The notes beneath the pieces were generated by a model. The model ran no database searches. It worked only from the letters and a program-made list of their open reading frames with translations, and had not been told where the DNA came from. A stretch of DNA of 37,129 nucleotides from a virus (Duplodnaviria > Caudoviricetes): positions 1 to 37,129 of IMG/VR virus record IMGVR_UViG_3300037420_001045. One strand, 5' to 3'. Positions within the stretch are counted from its first letter, which is position 1. Every line of letters starts with the position of its first letter. Position numbers and translations under genes: made by a program. Of the stretch, positions 17,705 through 26,507 are shown one piece after another.

Positions 17705-18030
17705 TTCCTCCCTTTCTGCTCCAGTACTTGAAACGCCTTGCGGATGGCTTCGACGCGCTCAACCTTGCCCCTGCTCGGGTTGTTGCGCTCAGCCTCCGCC
17801 CTCTTCCAGTGCTCGGTGAAGTCGGACACGTCGGCGAGCCCATGCGCCTGCATGTACTGACGGCGCTTGGCCCGGCTGCCGATGTCGGTGCCATCCGTGG
17901 CTCTGTCGCCCTCCATGAATCGGTCGGTGAACAAGGGCTGACGCCCAGGCGTGGACTGGAAGTCCTCCGTCACCTCCACGGGCTCGGGCAGTGGGCTTCC
18001 ACCCATGGTGTAGGTCCAGCGACGGCGCAT
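17701..18030 (-). CDS. Conserved head-module protein
   Basis: DGTDIGSRAKRRQYM..HG motif; coupled to the scaffold gene. Confidence 0.65.
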   Translation of the reverse strand: MRRRWTYTMGGSPLPEPVEVTEDFQSTPGRQPLFTDRFMEGDRATDGTDIGSRAKRRQYMQAHGLADVSDFTEHWKRAEAERNNPSRGKVERVEAIRKAFQVLEQKGRK

Positions 18031-18032
18031 AG

Positions 18033-18320
18033 CTACTCCATCCGCTCGAAGACGCGCACGGCCCTGTCCAGTGCTTCCTTGCCGGCCGCAACGCCCGTAT
18101 CCGCCTTGAGCGCCCGGAGAATCATCAGCACTTCCCCTCGGGTGAAGGTGAGTAGGCGAGGAAGGAATGAGTCGAGGCCAACAACTTCCCCTGTCGGCTG
18201 GATGTAATACGCGCGCGCCTCAGCGGACTGTTGGGCCTCGATGGCGGTATTCTTGATGAGGTCTGTCGTCAGTCCCGCGATTGGCACTGCCATGGTAGTG
18301 GCTTTCTTGCGCTCTTTCAC
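18033..18320 (-). CDS. Hypothetical protein
   Basis: GTGA coupling to the portal stop; fills the gap. Confidence 0.55.
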   Translation of the reverse strand: MKERKKATTMAVPIAGLTTDLIKNTAIEAQQSAEARAYYIQPTGEVVGLDSFLPRLLTFTRGEVLMILRALKADTGVAAGKEALDRAVRVFERME

Positions 18321-20368
18321 GGCTTCTCTCCTCCTGGTTGCTGCATCATCTTATTCTGCTGGCTCATCTGGTTGCGCACTTGGGCCTCTTTGATGCCGAA
18401 CTCCGCCTGATCCGCTTCGTGCTGACGGTTGGCGGCCACCTCGGCCTGAGTACGGACAAGGTCCGCCTGAAGTTCCATCTGGATCTTCCGCTCCTCCTGC
18501 GCACCCTTCATCTGCTGGGCAATCACCTTGGGGTCTGGCGGTGGAGGCTGCTGCGGTTGCTGGGCCTGCTGTTGCTGCATCGCCTTGAAGGTTTGAATGG
18601 CCCGGTCGATGATGCCCTCAATGTCTCCAGCGCCCTTCACTCCGGCCAGTTGGGCCTGAAGCACCTCGAGCAGGAATGGCATGGAGCCAGGAAGCGCCTG
18701 CACAAGCGGCGTCACGGCCGAGACGAACCCGGATATGACGGTCATCACCTCGTTGCGCTCTGCGCGCATCTTCCCGAAGTCCGCCATGGCTAGCGCGTCG
18801 GGTTCGACCTTGACCCGGTAGCGAGAGGACGGATCGCGTAGCAGTTGAATCGCCTGATTCACCAGGCCTTGGTCCGGGTGGTTCACCATGTTTGATTGGG
18901 CGATGATGTTTGCAGCCTGGAAGCGCTTGGAGATGATCTGCGCCCTCAGGCCGGCAACGTCCGAGGCGAACCGGGCGAAGTCCTCTTGCGTGGCTTGGAG
19001 GCGCGCAGAGGCGAACCCGGATTTGATTCCCTGCTCCGTGGCCGTAATGCCCGCGCCCTCGCTCTGGCCTCGCAGGATGTCCGGCATGCCCGTCACTTCG
19101 TCCAGTTGGGCCTTTAGCCTGTCCTGCTCCTGGGTGAGATCCACGAGGGCCTTTGTGATTTGCTCCAGCGGCAGCCATTGCACGGCGCCCTGTACTCCTC
19201 CGCGCTCCGCGAATGCGCCCCAATTCTCCACGGGGTAGAGGTCGTTCTGCCCCGTTGAGTCGACCAACCGCTTCACCTCCTTACTCTTGGAGTCGTACAC
19301 GCCAGCAACGCGAATTGCGTCCACGAGGAGACCCTTGCGTGTCTGCAGGGTGTCAATCTGGGTGTACAGGTCCTGCGCAAGGTGCCAGTCGCACACCGGC
19401 ATGTACTCGTCCGTGCAGGTGTTCGCCGCCATGGGCTCGGGACAGGGGAAGAACCCGTCGAGTTCGAGCGGATCGTCCTCGGCCTTGAGGATCTTCTCGT
19501 AGCCGTCCACGTACCAGTAGACGCGGGCGGTGCTCTTGTCCCAAATCTCCCACACCTCCGCCCTGTCCCATGGAGAGTCGGCCTGCTCCTTCTTCCCGTC
19601 CGTCTTGTCCTTCGCCTTCCTCGCGGAGAGCGGAACCTTGTCTGCGTCGTTGGGGAAGTGCTTGCGGAGCTTCCCACGGGAGACAAGGTGCTTGAAACCG
19701 ACCCACTGCACCTCATGCCACACGCCAGCGCCCGCGCTCCACGCGAAGCGATCCCACGCCACCCATTCAACTTCGGCGCACTCATAGGGTGGGGCCTGAA
19801 TACCGTCGGCAGCGACGACAGTATTCGCGTCGGTTACGGAACCACTGGGCCCCGCCGGAACCGCGCCTAGCGCCTCACCTGCCTCGTGGGCCTCGCTGCC
19901 ATCTGCCGCCTCTTCTGGCTTCTCCACCTCATGACGTACCCGGCAAACGCCAAGGCCGGGCTTCAGGCGGTCATCCAGCGAGTGGCCGAGGGCCGAGGTG
20001 AACGGATCGCCAGCGTCAAGATTGGCGTTCAGCATCCGCTCAAGCATGAGCGCCGCTACGCGGGCAACGTCGTCGTTGGCGTCCGCGTACTCCCGCGTGA
20101 CGCTCACCTCGGGGATGCGCCCATAGAGCATGGCGCGCTGAGTGGCGACGTTGGAGTAGAAGAGGTTCCACCGGCGCTCCTTCTTCTGCCCGCCCGCGTC
20201 TATCTTGTGCTTGCGCCTGTCCTTGAAGCGGGCGATGGCGTCCCGTCCTTCCTCGAGGAACGTCTTACGGGCGTCCGCGCTGGCGTCCATCTCCACCTTC
20301 CAGCGCCTGTACAGCCCCTGCGGTGAGTCGGCCGCATACTCGCGCTCTTCGCCAGTGCCCTCAGGCAT
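18317..20368 (-). CDS. Portal protein
   Basis: ~683 aa; EVWEIWDK, L.GFFPCP.P, EVTG.PDILRG..TATEQ motifs; Gln-rich C-terminal barrel. Start 20368 preferred over 20398. Confidence 0.9.
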   Translation of the reverse strand: MPEGTGEEREYAADSPQGLYRRWKVEMDASADARKTFLEEGRDAIARFKDRRKHKIDAGGQKKERRWNLFYSNVATQRAMLYGRIPEVSVTREYADANDDVARVAALMLERMLNANLDAGDPFTSALGHSLDDRLKPGLGVCRVRHEVEKPEEAADGSEAHEAGEALGAVPAGPSGSVTDANTVVAADGIQAPPYECAEVEWVAWDRFAWSAGAGVWHEVQWVGFKHLVSRGKLRKHFPNDADKVPLSARKAKDKTDGKKEQADSPWDRAEVWEIWDKSTARVYWYVDGYEKILKAEDDPLELDGFFPCPEPMAANTCTDEYMPVCDWHLAQDLYTQIDTLQTRKGLLVDAIRVAGVYDSKSKEVKRLVDSTGQNDLYPVENWGAFAERGGVQGAVQWLPLEQITKALVDLTQEQDRLKAQLDEVTGMPDILRGQSEGAGITATEQGIKSGFASARLQATQEDFARFASDVAGLRAQIISKRFQAANIIAQSNMVNHPDQGLVNQAIQLLRDPSSRYRVKVEPDALAMADFGKMRAERNEVMTVISGFVSAVTPLVQALPGSMPFLLEVLQAQLAGVKGAGDIEGIIDRAIQTFKAMQQQQAQQPQQPPPPDPKVIAQQMKGAQEERKIQMELQADLVRTQAEVAANRQHEADQAEFGIKEAQVRNQMSQQNKMMQQPGGEKP

Positions 20369-20636
20369 CGTGTCCACCCGCCATCTTGGCCGAGCCATTG
20401 CGGCCGTTCACAATGACCTCGACGCCATCAAGATCGGAATCTGAACGGATGCACGAGCCCTCTAACCTCCCACTATCCCCAGCCGCATGCGCTCGGGCTA
20501 TCCGAACAACCGTGGCGCACGCGCTCTCAATGTCGAGCGGGTGGCACTGAATCCAGTGCTCCGAATCGTCTTGAGACCCAGACCCCTCGATCTTCCCACG
20601 AGGCATCGCATTATTGGTTGTCACATGGATCTTCAT
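20361..20636 (-). CDS. Hypothetical protein between terL and portal
   Basis: ATGA coupling to the terL stop. Confidence 0.55.
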   Translation of the reverse strand: MKIHVTTNNAMPRGKIEGSGSQDDSEHWIQCHPLDIESACATVVRIARAHAAGDSGRLEGSCIRSDSDLDGVEVIVNGRNGSAKMAGGHDA

Positions 20637-22048
20637 CGCAGCGCCCCATAGGCTTCGTCAAAGGTGGGCATGCGCGTGTCTACCTCTCTGGGCGGGGGCG
20701 GTGGTGCCGCTGGCATGATGCCAGTGAGCCCCACGGCAAGATACCTGAAACCGTCTGCGGAGTGGCTCGCCCAGTCGTGAAGCGGAACACGCGAGAAGGT
20801 CTGCAACTTCTCGTTCCACTCGTACTTGTATGCTGCCAGCGCCTCCCACCCTGACGCAATGCCCGGCTCATGGCTCTCCGTGCACCGCACGTGGAAGCGG
20901 ATATCGCCCTCAAGCAGGTGTCGGGCGGCAGCAATCCCATCGTCAATGTCGAGGTTTGGGACGATGCGGACGCGGGCCACGCCGTACTTGTCGATGAACT
21001 GCTCCGCCACGCTGCGCTTTGTGGTGAGCGTCTTCGCGCGGGCATCGTGCGGCAGGTGGAAGCACGCAAAGCGGTACCCCCGCTCCTGTTCCCATACGTC
21101 GAGCACGCGGAAGTAGTGGGATAGTTCCAGGCCGTGGTTCTCGTAGTGCGCCACCACGTCCACGCCGCCAGGGCGGGGGATGGCGAACCACATGGAGGTA
21201 GCATCAGAGCGCCCCAAGTCCCAGAAGACGTGAATCCCCGTCAGCGGATGGTCAAACGCACGGAGCCCGCCACGAGTCTCGATGGCCGCGAGCAAGTGGC
21301 CGTAGATACTGCCCCTGTCGCGAGTCGGGTACTTGGCACGGAGGTACTCATCAATCCACTCCGTATCCTTCCCCGCCATCTGGTCGGAGTAGTAGGACCT
21401 CCCGCCGTGGAGGTTCTCAAGGTTCTCGGCGTTTGGACCCAGCGCATCGGGCTGCTCGTAGAGTTCGAACCCCTCGGGCTTGTCCTTCGAGAAGAGTTTG
21501 TAACCCCAGTGGCCGGTGTGCCACGGGTTGGTGTCCATCCAGATGCCGTGCCACGAGGGTCCGCCGTCCTTCATGCTGGGGTAGCGACGAACGCGGCCAC
21601 CCAACTGGTCGAGGATGGCCTTGGGCACCTGCCGCGCCTCGTTGATCCAGGCGAAGGTGAGTTCGAGGGACAGCAACTTCTTGACGTGCTCTGGCTTGTC
21701 GAGCGCGCGAAAGAGCAATTCGCTCTGGAGGCGTGTCCCGTCAGCAAGCGGCTTGTCGATGACGAAGGTGAAGTCCTTTTCGTACCAGCGCCCCAGCGAA
21801 GCCGGAACCCACTGCTCGAACGTCTTCCGGGTGGTGTCCTCTAATTCCCGGTAGGTGTTTCGGATGATGACGCCGCGAGTGGCCCGAATGCCGTTGTGGG
21901 GAGCCTGCTCCGCCGCCCTGCGCACCAACTCCACAGCACACCCAGATGACTTCCCCGAGCCCAGCGGCCCCACCACGCACCGGACACGCGCATTGCTCCG
22001 CATCATGCGGGCGACCGTAGGCGGGGCGCGGTAGGAGAGCGTGGTCAC
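20633..22048 (-). CDS. terL: Terminase large subunit
   Basis: Walker A GPLGSGKS, Walker B-like AWINE, coupling motif DTNP, nuclease WDLG..D and H.ADGFRY. Confidence 0.95.
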   Translation of the reverse strand: MTTLSYRAPPTVARMMRSNARVRCVVGPLGSGKSSGCAVELVRRAAEQAPHNGIRATRGVIIRNTYRELEDTTRKTFEQWVPASLGRWYEKDFTFVIDKPLADGTRLQSELLFRALDKPEHVKKLLSLELTFAWINEARQVPKAILDQLGGRVRRYPSMKDGGPSWHGIWMDTNPWHTGHWGYKLFSKDKPEGFELYEQPDALGPNAENLENLHGGRSYYSDQMAGKDTEWIDEYLRAKYPTRDRGSIYGHLLAAIETRGGLRAFDHPLTGIHVFWDLGRSDATSMWFAIPRPGGVDVVAHYENHGLELSHYFRVLDVWEQERGYRFACFHLPHDARAKTLTTKRSVAEQFIDKYGVARVRIVPNLDIDDGIAAARHLLEGDIRFHVRCTESHEPGIASGWEALAAYKYEWNEKLQTFSRVPLHDWASHSADGFRYLAVGLTGIMPAAPPPPPREVDTRMPTFDEAYGALR

Positions 22049-22218
22049 TTCCTGGCCTTCCGCTTGGCCGCTCGCCGTGCGCGCTTCGCCTCTGCTGTCT
22101 GAATCTTCTCGTTGTCGCGGAACAATTCAGGCAGTGGGTCTGGCAGCGGCTCGTCTGTGGCCATTGCGGTCATCGCCAAGGCGGCAATCAGCGCTATGCG
22201 TGACGTCGGCGGTCTCAT
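22045..22218 (-). CDS. Hypothetical 57-aa protein between terS and terL (not in the ORF track)
   Basis: ATGA and GTGA overlaps on both sides; hydrophobic N-terminus, basic C-terminus (AEAKRARRAAKRKARK). Confidence 0.65.
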   Translation of the reverse strand: MRPPTSRIALIAALAMTAMATDEPLPDPLPELFRDNEKIQTAEAKRARRAAKRKARK

Positions 22219-22706
22219 TTCCCAGCCCCCAGGTCTATGCGGATGGAGAGCGCCTCGCCGTCCTTGCCGCTCAGTTCCACCTTGTCGCGGAGCAGTCCCA
22301 GGTGTTTGGCAAGCATCTCGAGGGCGCGCTCCTTGCCCACGAACTTGCCCACCCTATCGCCGCTCTTCGAGAAGTCGAGGCCGGAGAAGGCCGCTCGCAC
22401 ATTCTCGGGCATTTCGTGCGGCCTGAGGAGCTCGCCGGTGTTCGCGTCGTAGGCCTTGGACACATCCACGAAGGCGAGCCTAGCAATCTCCTGAATCACC
22501 CGGTCGGCCGTCACCTCAGTCCGTTTCGAGCGCTCGGCCATCGCCGCACCAAGCGACGCCTTCACCTCAGGTTTCTTGAGGAGCTTCGACGCGGTTACAT
22601 AGGCGCTCTTAGGGGCATACCCGGCACGAATGGCCGCCTGTGTCCCATTCAGGTCCACGAGGTATTCCTGCACGAACTTAGCAACTTTGATGGCGGCCTT
22701 ACCCAT
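22215..22706 (-). CDS. terS: Terminase small subunit
   Basis: FVQEYLVDLNGTQAAIRAGY..KSA...ASKLL and KERALEMLAKHLG. Confidence 0.95.
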   Translation of the reverse strand: MGKAAIKVAKFVQEYLVDLNGTQAAIRAGYAPKSAYVTASKLLKKPEVKASLGAAMAERSKRTEVTADRVIQEIARLAFVDVSKAYDANTGELLRPHEMPENVRAAFSGLDFSKSGDRVGKFVGKERALEMLAKHLGLLRDKVELSGKDGEALSIRIDLGAGK

Positions 22707-22715
22707 TTCTAGGCC

Positions 22716-22752
22716 GAATCTTAGCGGTTTCTGCGCCGCCCGTGCAAGATTC
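22716..22752 (-). promoter_or_regulatory. Candidate sigma70-type terS promoter bracketed by an inverted repeat
   Basis: TTGCAC-N18-TAAGAT on the - strand; GAATCTT (22716-22722) and AAGATTC (22746-22752) form an inverted repeat over both boxes. Confidence 0.45.
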
Positions 22753-22754
22753 TC

Positions 22755-23108
22755 GTGCCGCCCCTCCGAAACTAGGCAGAGCGACCGTCCGTCGGCTATC
22801 CGCTACCGCCTCGAGCCTCATTGGCGTTGGGCCTTACTGGGCGTCCTGCGGGCAATGAGCCCTTGGCCGCCGAGTCGAACACACCCTCTGCCCAGCATGT
22901 TGGCTACCGGTGAGGAGGTTGGGCGGGGCGAGACGCCAACCTCGGTCCGAATCGAGCCGTTCGCCTACTGGGCCGTTCGGCTGTGCTCCTCGCCCCGTAA
23001 CCCCTTCAGCCACTGTCACTGGCCTTGCCCCTCGGATGCTGTGCCCGACGACCGCAAAGGCCCCTTCCAGACAGGACAACGGCTCCGCATGTCCTTGGGG
23101 GCGCCTCC
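22755..23108 (-). ncRNA. Candidate structured non-coding RNA (unclassified)
   Basis: Largest gap without a credible CDS; many stems (see findings). Strand inferred from the flanking genes. Confidence 0.45.
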
Positions 23109-23109
23109 G

Positions 23110-23313
23110 CTACCCCTGTGCGTTCTGCTCCGCCATGGCCTTCTTTGCGAAGAAACACGCCTCTTCCAACTTCGTGCGCACCAGCGCGAGGTGGCGCCCT
23201 TCGGGGCACACGACCTCAAGGCGCGTAAGGCAGTCGTCGAAGGCCTCCGCGATCTCCTTGGCCTTCGTCTTGCCCTCATCGGTCAGCATGTGAACCGCGA
23301 ATTGACTGTGCAT
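23110..23313 (-). CDS. Acb2/Tad1-like helical-hairpin anti-defence sponge protein
   Basis: 67 aa; AAGGAG RBS; CPEGRHLALVRTKLEEACFFAKKAMA matches the R..(S/A)LA.TKLEEA..W hairpin motif. Confidence 0.72.
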   Translation of the reverse strand: MHSQFAVHMLTDEGKTKAKEIAEAFDDCLTRLEVVCPEGRHLALVRTKLEEACFFAKKAMAEQNAQG

Positions 23314-23384
23314 GTGTGTCTCCTTTGGTGGGCTTCCGTGCACGCGAGCGAAGCGTGGGTGTCTAAATAAGCCGCCCGCCACGT

Positions 23385-23526
23385 CAGCCCTATCGGGTAC
23401 CACATGATTCGGAAGTCGTCACCTGTGTCAATTTGACATCATCGCTAAGCGGCCAGATTTCATGGTCTACATGGCGGCTGATAGGGAGAAAGTACCAGCC
23501 GTCCAGTACCTGATAGTCTCGGGTTA
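23385..23526. promoter_or_regulatory. Intergenic control region upstream of the late arm
   Basis: Perfect palindrome TGTCAA-T-TTGACA at 23426-23438; repeated CTGATAG and AGTACC; less GC-rich than flanks. Confidence 0.45.
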
Positions 23527-24000
23527 TCAGTGGAACTCTACATCCTCGCCAGCGGCAGCAGCCACCCTCAGACCATCCACGAACGCCTGAGTCTTGGCCC
23601 GCCAGTTTCCGATGTGACCTCCAGCATCATCCCCAGGCATCAGCGGGATGAGCGCCTCCAGCGCATCGGCAATCGGACCGCAGTCCGCCGCCGCAATGCT
23701 TCCTTCGCAGTCTGAATGATGAAGCAGGATGTGGAGCGGCGAGGGCTTCAACGCACTCCACTTGATCGCCGGGCGCGAAGCCAGTGCCCGAAGACCATCG
23801 GCGTCGTGCTGATTCTTCGTTCGCTCGCAGTAGTTGGCGGCACACTTTAGCGTCAGCTCCATGCCAGTGCTGCCAGCGCCCCAGAAGCCCTCCATCATCT
23901 CCAGCGGCGGCAAACCAGCGATTTCCGCCAACTGCGAGCGCCACCGGTGGAATGCCGAGTATGCGCCGTGCCAACACCCATGCGTCGTATCAAGTCCCAT
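23527..24000 (-). CDS. Conserved phage hypothetical protein
   Basis: MGLDTTHGCWHGAYSAFHRWR...LLHHSDCEG; GGAGGA RBS. Confidence 0.75.
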   Translation of the reverse strand: MGLDTTHGCWHGAYSAFHRWRSQLAEIAGLPPLEMMEGFWGAGSTGMELTLKCAANYCERTKNQHDADGLRALASRPAIKWSALKPSPLHILLHHSDCEGSIAAADCGPIADALEALIPLMPGDDAGGHIGNWRAKTQAFVDGLRVAAAAGEDVEFH

Positions 24001-24436
24001 ACGCTTCCTCCGTCCTTCGCCGTGGCTCTGGCCTCGGCACAATGACGACCTTCCCTGGCACTCCAGCCTCTCGTAAGCGCCTCACCATGTCCGCAGTCCC
24101 CGGCGTGTCCGGCTCGGCGGTCCAGTGGGCGGCAAGCCAGTAGGTGGGCGCTACGGACTCCAGCATGCGCTGGTTTCGCAGGGGCCCCGCTGCCCTGCCC
24201 TCCTTCGCCCATTGCGCTGGCATGCGCCTCACGGGCATCCACAATAGTGGGTTCCGGTCCACCACGAAGGTGAGAGCGTCCTCCCAGAGGAGATCCGCAC
24301 CTCTCGCCGCGCCGTGGGCCATGACGAATCCTGGTTTATAGGGCAGATGTGCCCTGCACGCCTCCAGCAGTGCCTGCGTCAGTGGGTACATTGCCGCGCT
24401 GGTCAGGTTGCGCGGGCCGCAGACCAGCAATCTCAT
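23990..24436 (-). CDS. SLOG-superfamily protein (DUF2493 / YspA-like)
   Basis: LLVCGPR, HGAARGAD, PA.W...GRAAGPLRN..ML, GTADMV. Confidence 0.88.
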   Translation of the reverse strand: MRLLVCGPRNLTSAAMYPLTQALLEACRAHLPYKPGFVMAHGAARGADLLWEDALTFVVDRNPLLWMPVRRMPAQWAKEGRAAGPLRNQRMLESVAPTYWLAAHWTAEPDTPGTADMVRRLREAGVPGKVVIVPRPEPRRRTEEAYGT

Positions 24437-24648
24437 GGTGCGTCCTTGGCGATGGCGGCCATCAAGTCATGAGCAGCGTTCAACTCAGTGCGCGTTGCAC
24501 CTCCGTAGACCTCACCAACGTAGGCGGTCCCCAACGCCTTTGCCGCCCGCTCGATGGCCTCGACCTCCCTCAACGCGGGATCCACCATGTCCGCTCCAAC
24601 CACCTTGCCGAGAGCGCTCAACGCCTCTCGAATCGCCTTCGTGGTCAC
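24433..24648 (-). CDS. Hypothetical helical protein (paralogue of 726..968)
   Basis: Coupled on both sides; shared motifs with 726..968. Confidence 0.7.
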   Translation of the reverse strand: MTTKAIREALSALGKVVGADMVDPALREVEAIERAAKALGTAYVGEVYGGATRTELNAAHDLMAAIAKDAP

Positions 24649-25055
24649 GCCGTACCTCCCATCAGTCGAACAGTTGCCAGCCTCAGTCCCTCACCCATGA
24701 GCGGCACGTAGGCGTCGGCTACCAGTCTCGTTGCCTCGAGCCGCTTCACCATGGGCTCCATCTCGGCGGCCCGCTTCTCCTCGTCGCTCACCTCCGCGTA
24801 CCGCCCCTCCATCTTGTGCTTTTGCCAGAGGGCGGCTCTCTTGGAGTGCTCGCTCTTGCGCCAGCATGCTTTGGAGCAGAAACGCTGTGCCGGACTGCTC
24901 GGCCTCGGAGTAATCACCACCTCGCACTCGCTCCAGCCGCACTTCCTCGGCTGAATGGTAGGAGCCCCATTCTTCGGGCAGTAGAGGCGAGAGTGGTTCT
25001 TCCGTTGCTTGCAGGTGAGCGGTGCGCCACAGTCCTCGCAGGGAGTGGTTCTCAT
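24645..25055 (-). CDS. Zinc-finger protein
   Basis: CEDC...YC, CGWSEC...RFCSKAC. Confidence 0.7.
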   Translation of the reverse strand: MRTTPCEDCGAPLTCKQRKNHSRLYCPKNGAPTIQPRKCGWSECEVVITPRPSSPAQRFCSKACWRKSEHSKRAALWQKHKMEGRYAEVSDEEKRAAEMEPMVKRLEATRLVADAYVPLMGEGLRLATVRLMGGTA

Positions 25056-25218
25056 GGCAGTCTCACAGCGATGCGGAGGGCCTTAGTCCCCAAGCACGTG
25101 GCGCACTCGTAATTACCTCTGCACTGGCATCCATGATTTCCGGAGATCGCTCGCGCGACCGCCAGCGCTTCAGCGCCTTGTGCGCCTCAAATCGCTCGTC
25201 CGTCATCCTCCCGCTCAC
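25052..25218 (-). pseudogene. Possible frameshifted small Zn-finger gene
   Basis: The coupled start (25218) and the coupled stop (25052) are in different frames; the CQC...CATC segment is in the stop's frame. Confidence 0.4.
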
Positions 25219-26492
25219 GGCGTCGCTCCTTCGATGGCGTGCTTGAACTCATACTGCGTGATGTGGTCGATGCCCATTCGCTGGAGAAGCGGCTGCACCG
25301 CACCCCAGCACGCCGCGCGCATGGCCTCGGCGCCTTCATCGCGAGCCTCGTCCTTGCGCCGGCTCATCGTTTCTACATCCATCCAACCGAGTCGGGCGGC
25401 GAGTTTGAGGAACCGTCGCCGCCAGTAGAGCGCTCCATTGCTGACCTTGCTATCCGACTCCTCGGTCAGCGCCTCTTCGACGAACTCAAGGTCCACGTCC
25501 TCTTCAGTCGTCGCGATGCTAACCGCCGCGCGTCTTTCTTCTGGCGTCGGAAGGCCCAGCGCGCCGTGCGCAAACGATTCACTCCGCTTCTTCACCCGCT
25601 CGGGGTGGCCTGGGGTCCGCGCGTCGGAGTGCGTGCAGGTCGGGGAGCAGGGGTAGGTCCCAGTGTTCACTTGCTGAGCAAGACGCTCCACCATCCCGAC
25701 AGGAATGCGCTCCCCACAATCGGAGCAGTTGAATCCAGTCCCTCCAATTGGCGCGTGCCATCGTCCATTATGGCGACAGGGCGTGTTTATTCCAGAATGG
25801 TCGCTCACCCTGCCCACATGCTCGCTCAGCACCTGCCCGACGGCGGATAGGGTGGCGCAGCGAGCCTCTGCCGTCTCCGCTCGACTCCACTCAACGTCCC
25901 TCTGTCGCGCCGCTTTTGCATGCGCTTTCTGCCAGTACGCGGTCTCGCCCTCCGCGTGCTGCGCCCTCCTCGTGAGGTCGCGCACGGACTCCTCGGAGGT
26001 GGAGAGACGCTCGCGGAGGTTCTCTTCCACCTGCCGCAACTCAATCACCTCCGAACTGGCGGCATCGCGCTCCCGCTCCAGGTTTGCCGCACGGCTGGCA
26101 ATAGCCATCGCATCGCTCTCTGCCTTCTGCTGTGCCGTTGCACGCGCAGCAAGCGATCGGAGTGCTGCACGCACCGCAGGTTCTGCGTCATCGCCAAGGG
26201 CGCCACCCACCATCTCGTAATCATCGCGAATGAGAGATGAGGGACGCCACCGCTCGATCTCCATCTCCAGCGCCGCCGCACGTGCCCCTTGGGCGGAGAT
26301 GTGCTCGCGAAGTCGTGGCCCTGTTGCAGCAAGGTTGCGCTCCACGTCCACAAGAGCCATCGAGAGGCTCTCGGACGCCATAGTCCCGCCACGCGCCGCA
26401 GCGAGCTCGACGGCGCGTGACATGGCGGCCTTCATGCCACCGCGTCCCTGGTACGCCAACACGCACTGCACCTCATCTTCATCACTCCACAT
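25215..26492 (-). CDS. Coiled-coil hypothetical protein with Cys/His motifs
   Basis: AGGAGG RBS before ATG 26492; long heptad region; CxH..CxxC motifs. Confidence 0.7.
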   Translation of the reverse strand: MWSDEDEVQCVLAYQGRGGMKAAMSRAVELAAARGGTMASESLSMALVDVERNLAATGPRLREHISAQGARAAALEMEIERWRPSSLIRDDYEMVGGALGDDAEPAVRAALRSLAARATAQQKAESDAMAIASRAANLERERDAASSEVIELRQVEENLRERLSTSEESVRDLTRRAQHAEGETAYWQKAHAKAARQRDVEWSRAETAEARCATLSAVGQVLSEHVGRVSDHSGINTPCRHNGRWHAPIGGTGFNCSDCGERIPVGMVERLAQQVNTGTYPCSPTCTHSDARTPGHPERVKKRSESFAHGALGLPTPEERRAAVSIATTEEDVDLEFVEEALTEESDSKVSNGALYWRRRFLKLAARLGWMDVETMSRRKDEARDEGAEAMRAACWGAVQPLLQRMGIDHITQYEFKHAIEGATP

Positions 26493-26507
26493 GGCTTCCT
26501 CCTGGAA

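Noticed and set aside
22755-23108. tmRNA, RNase P, SRP or tRNA identity for the structured region
   Set aside because: An acceptor-like GGGGCGAG/CTCGCCCC stem and T-loop-like words are present, but there is no cloverleaf, tag frame or RNase P/SRP consensus.
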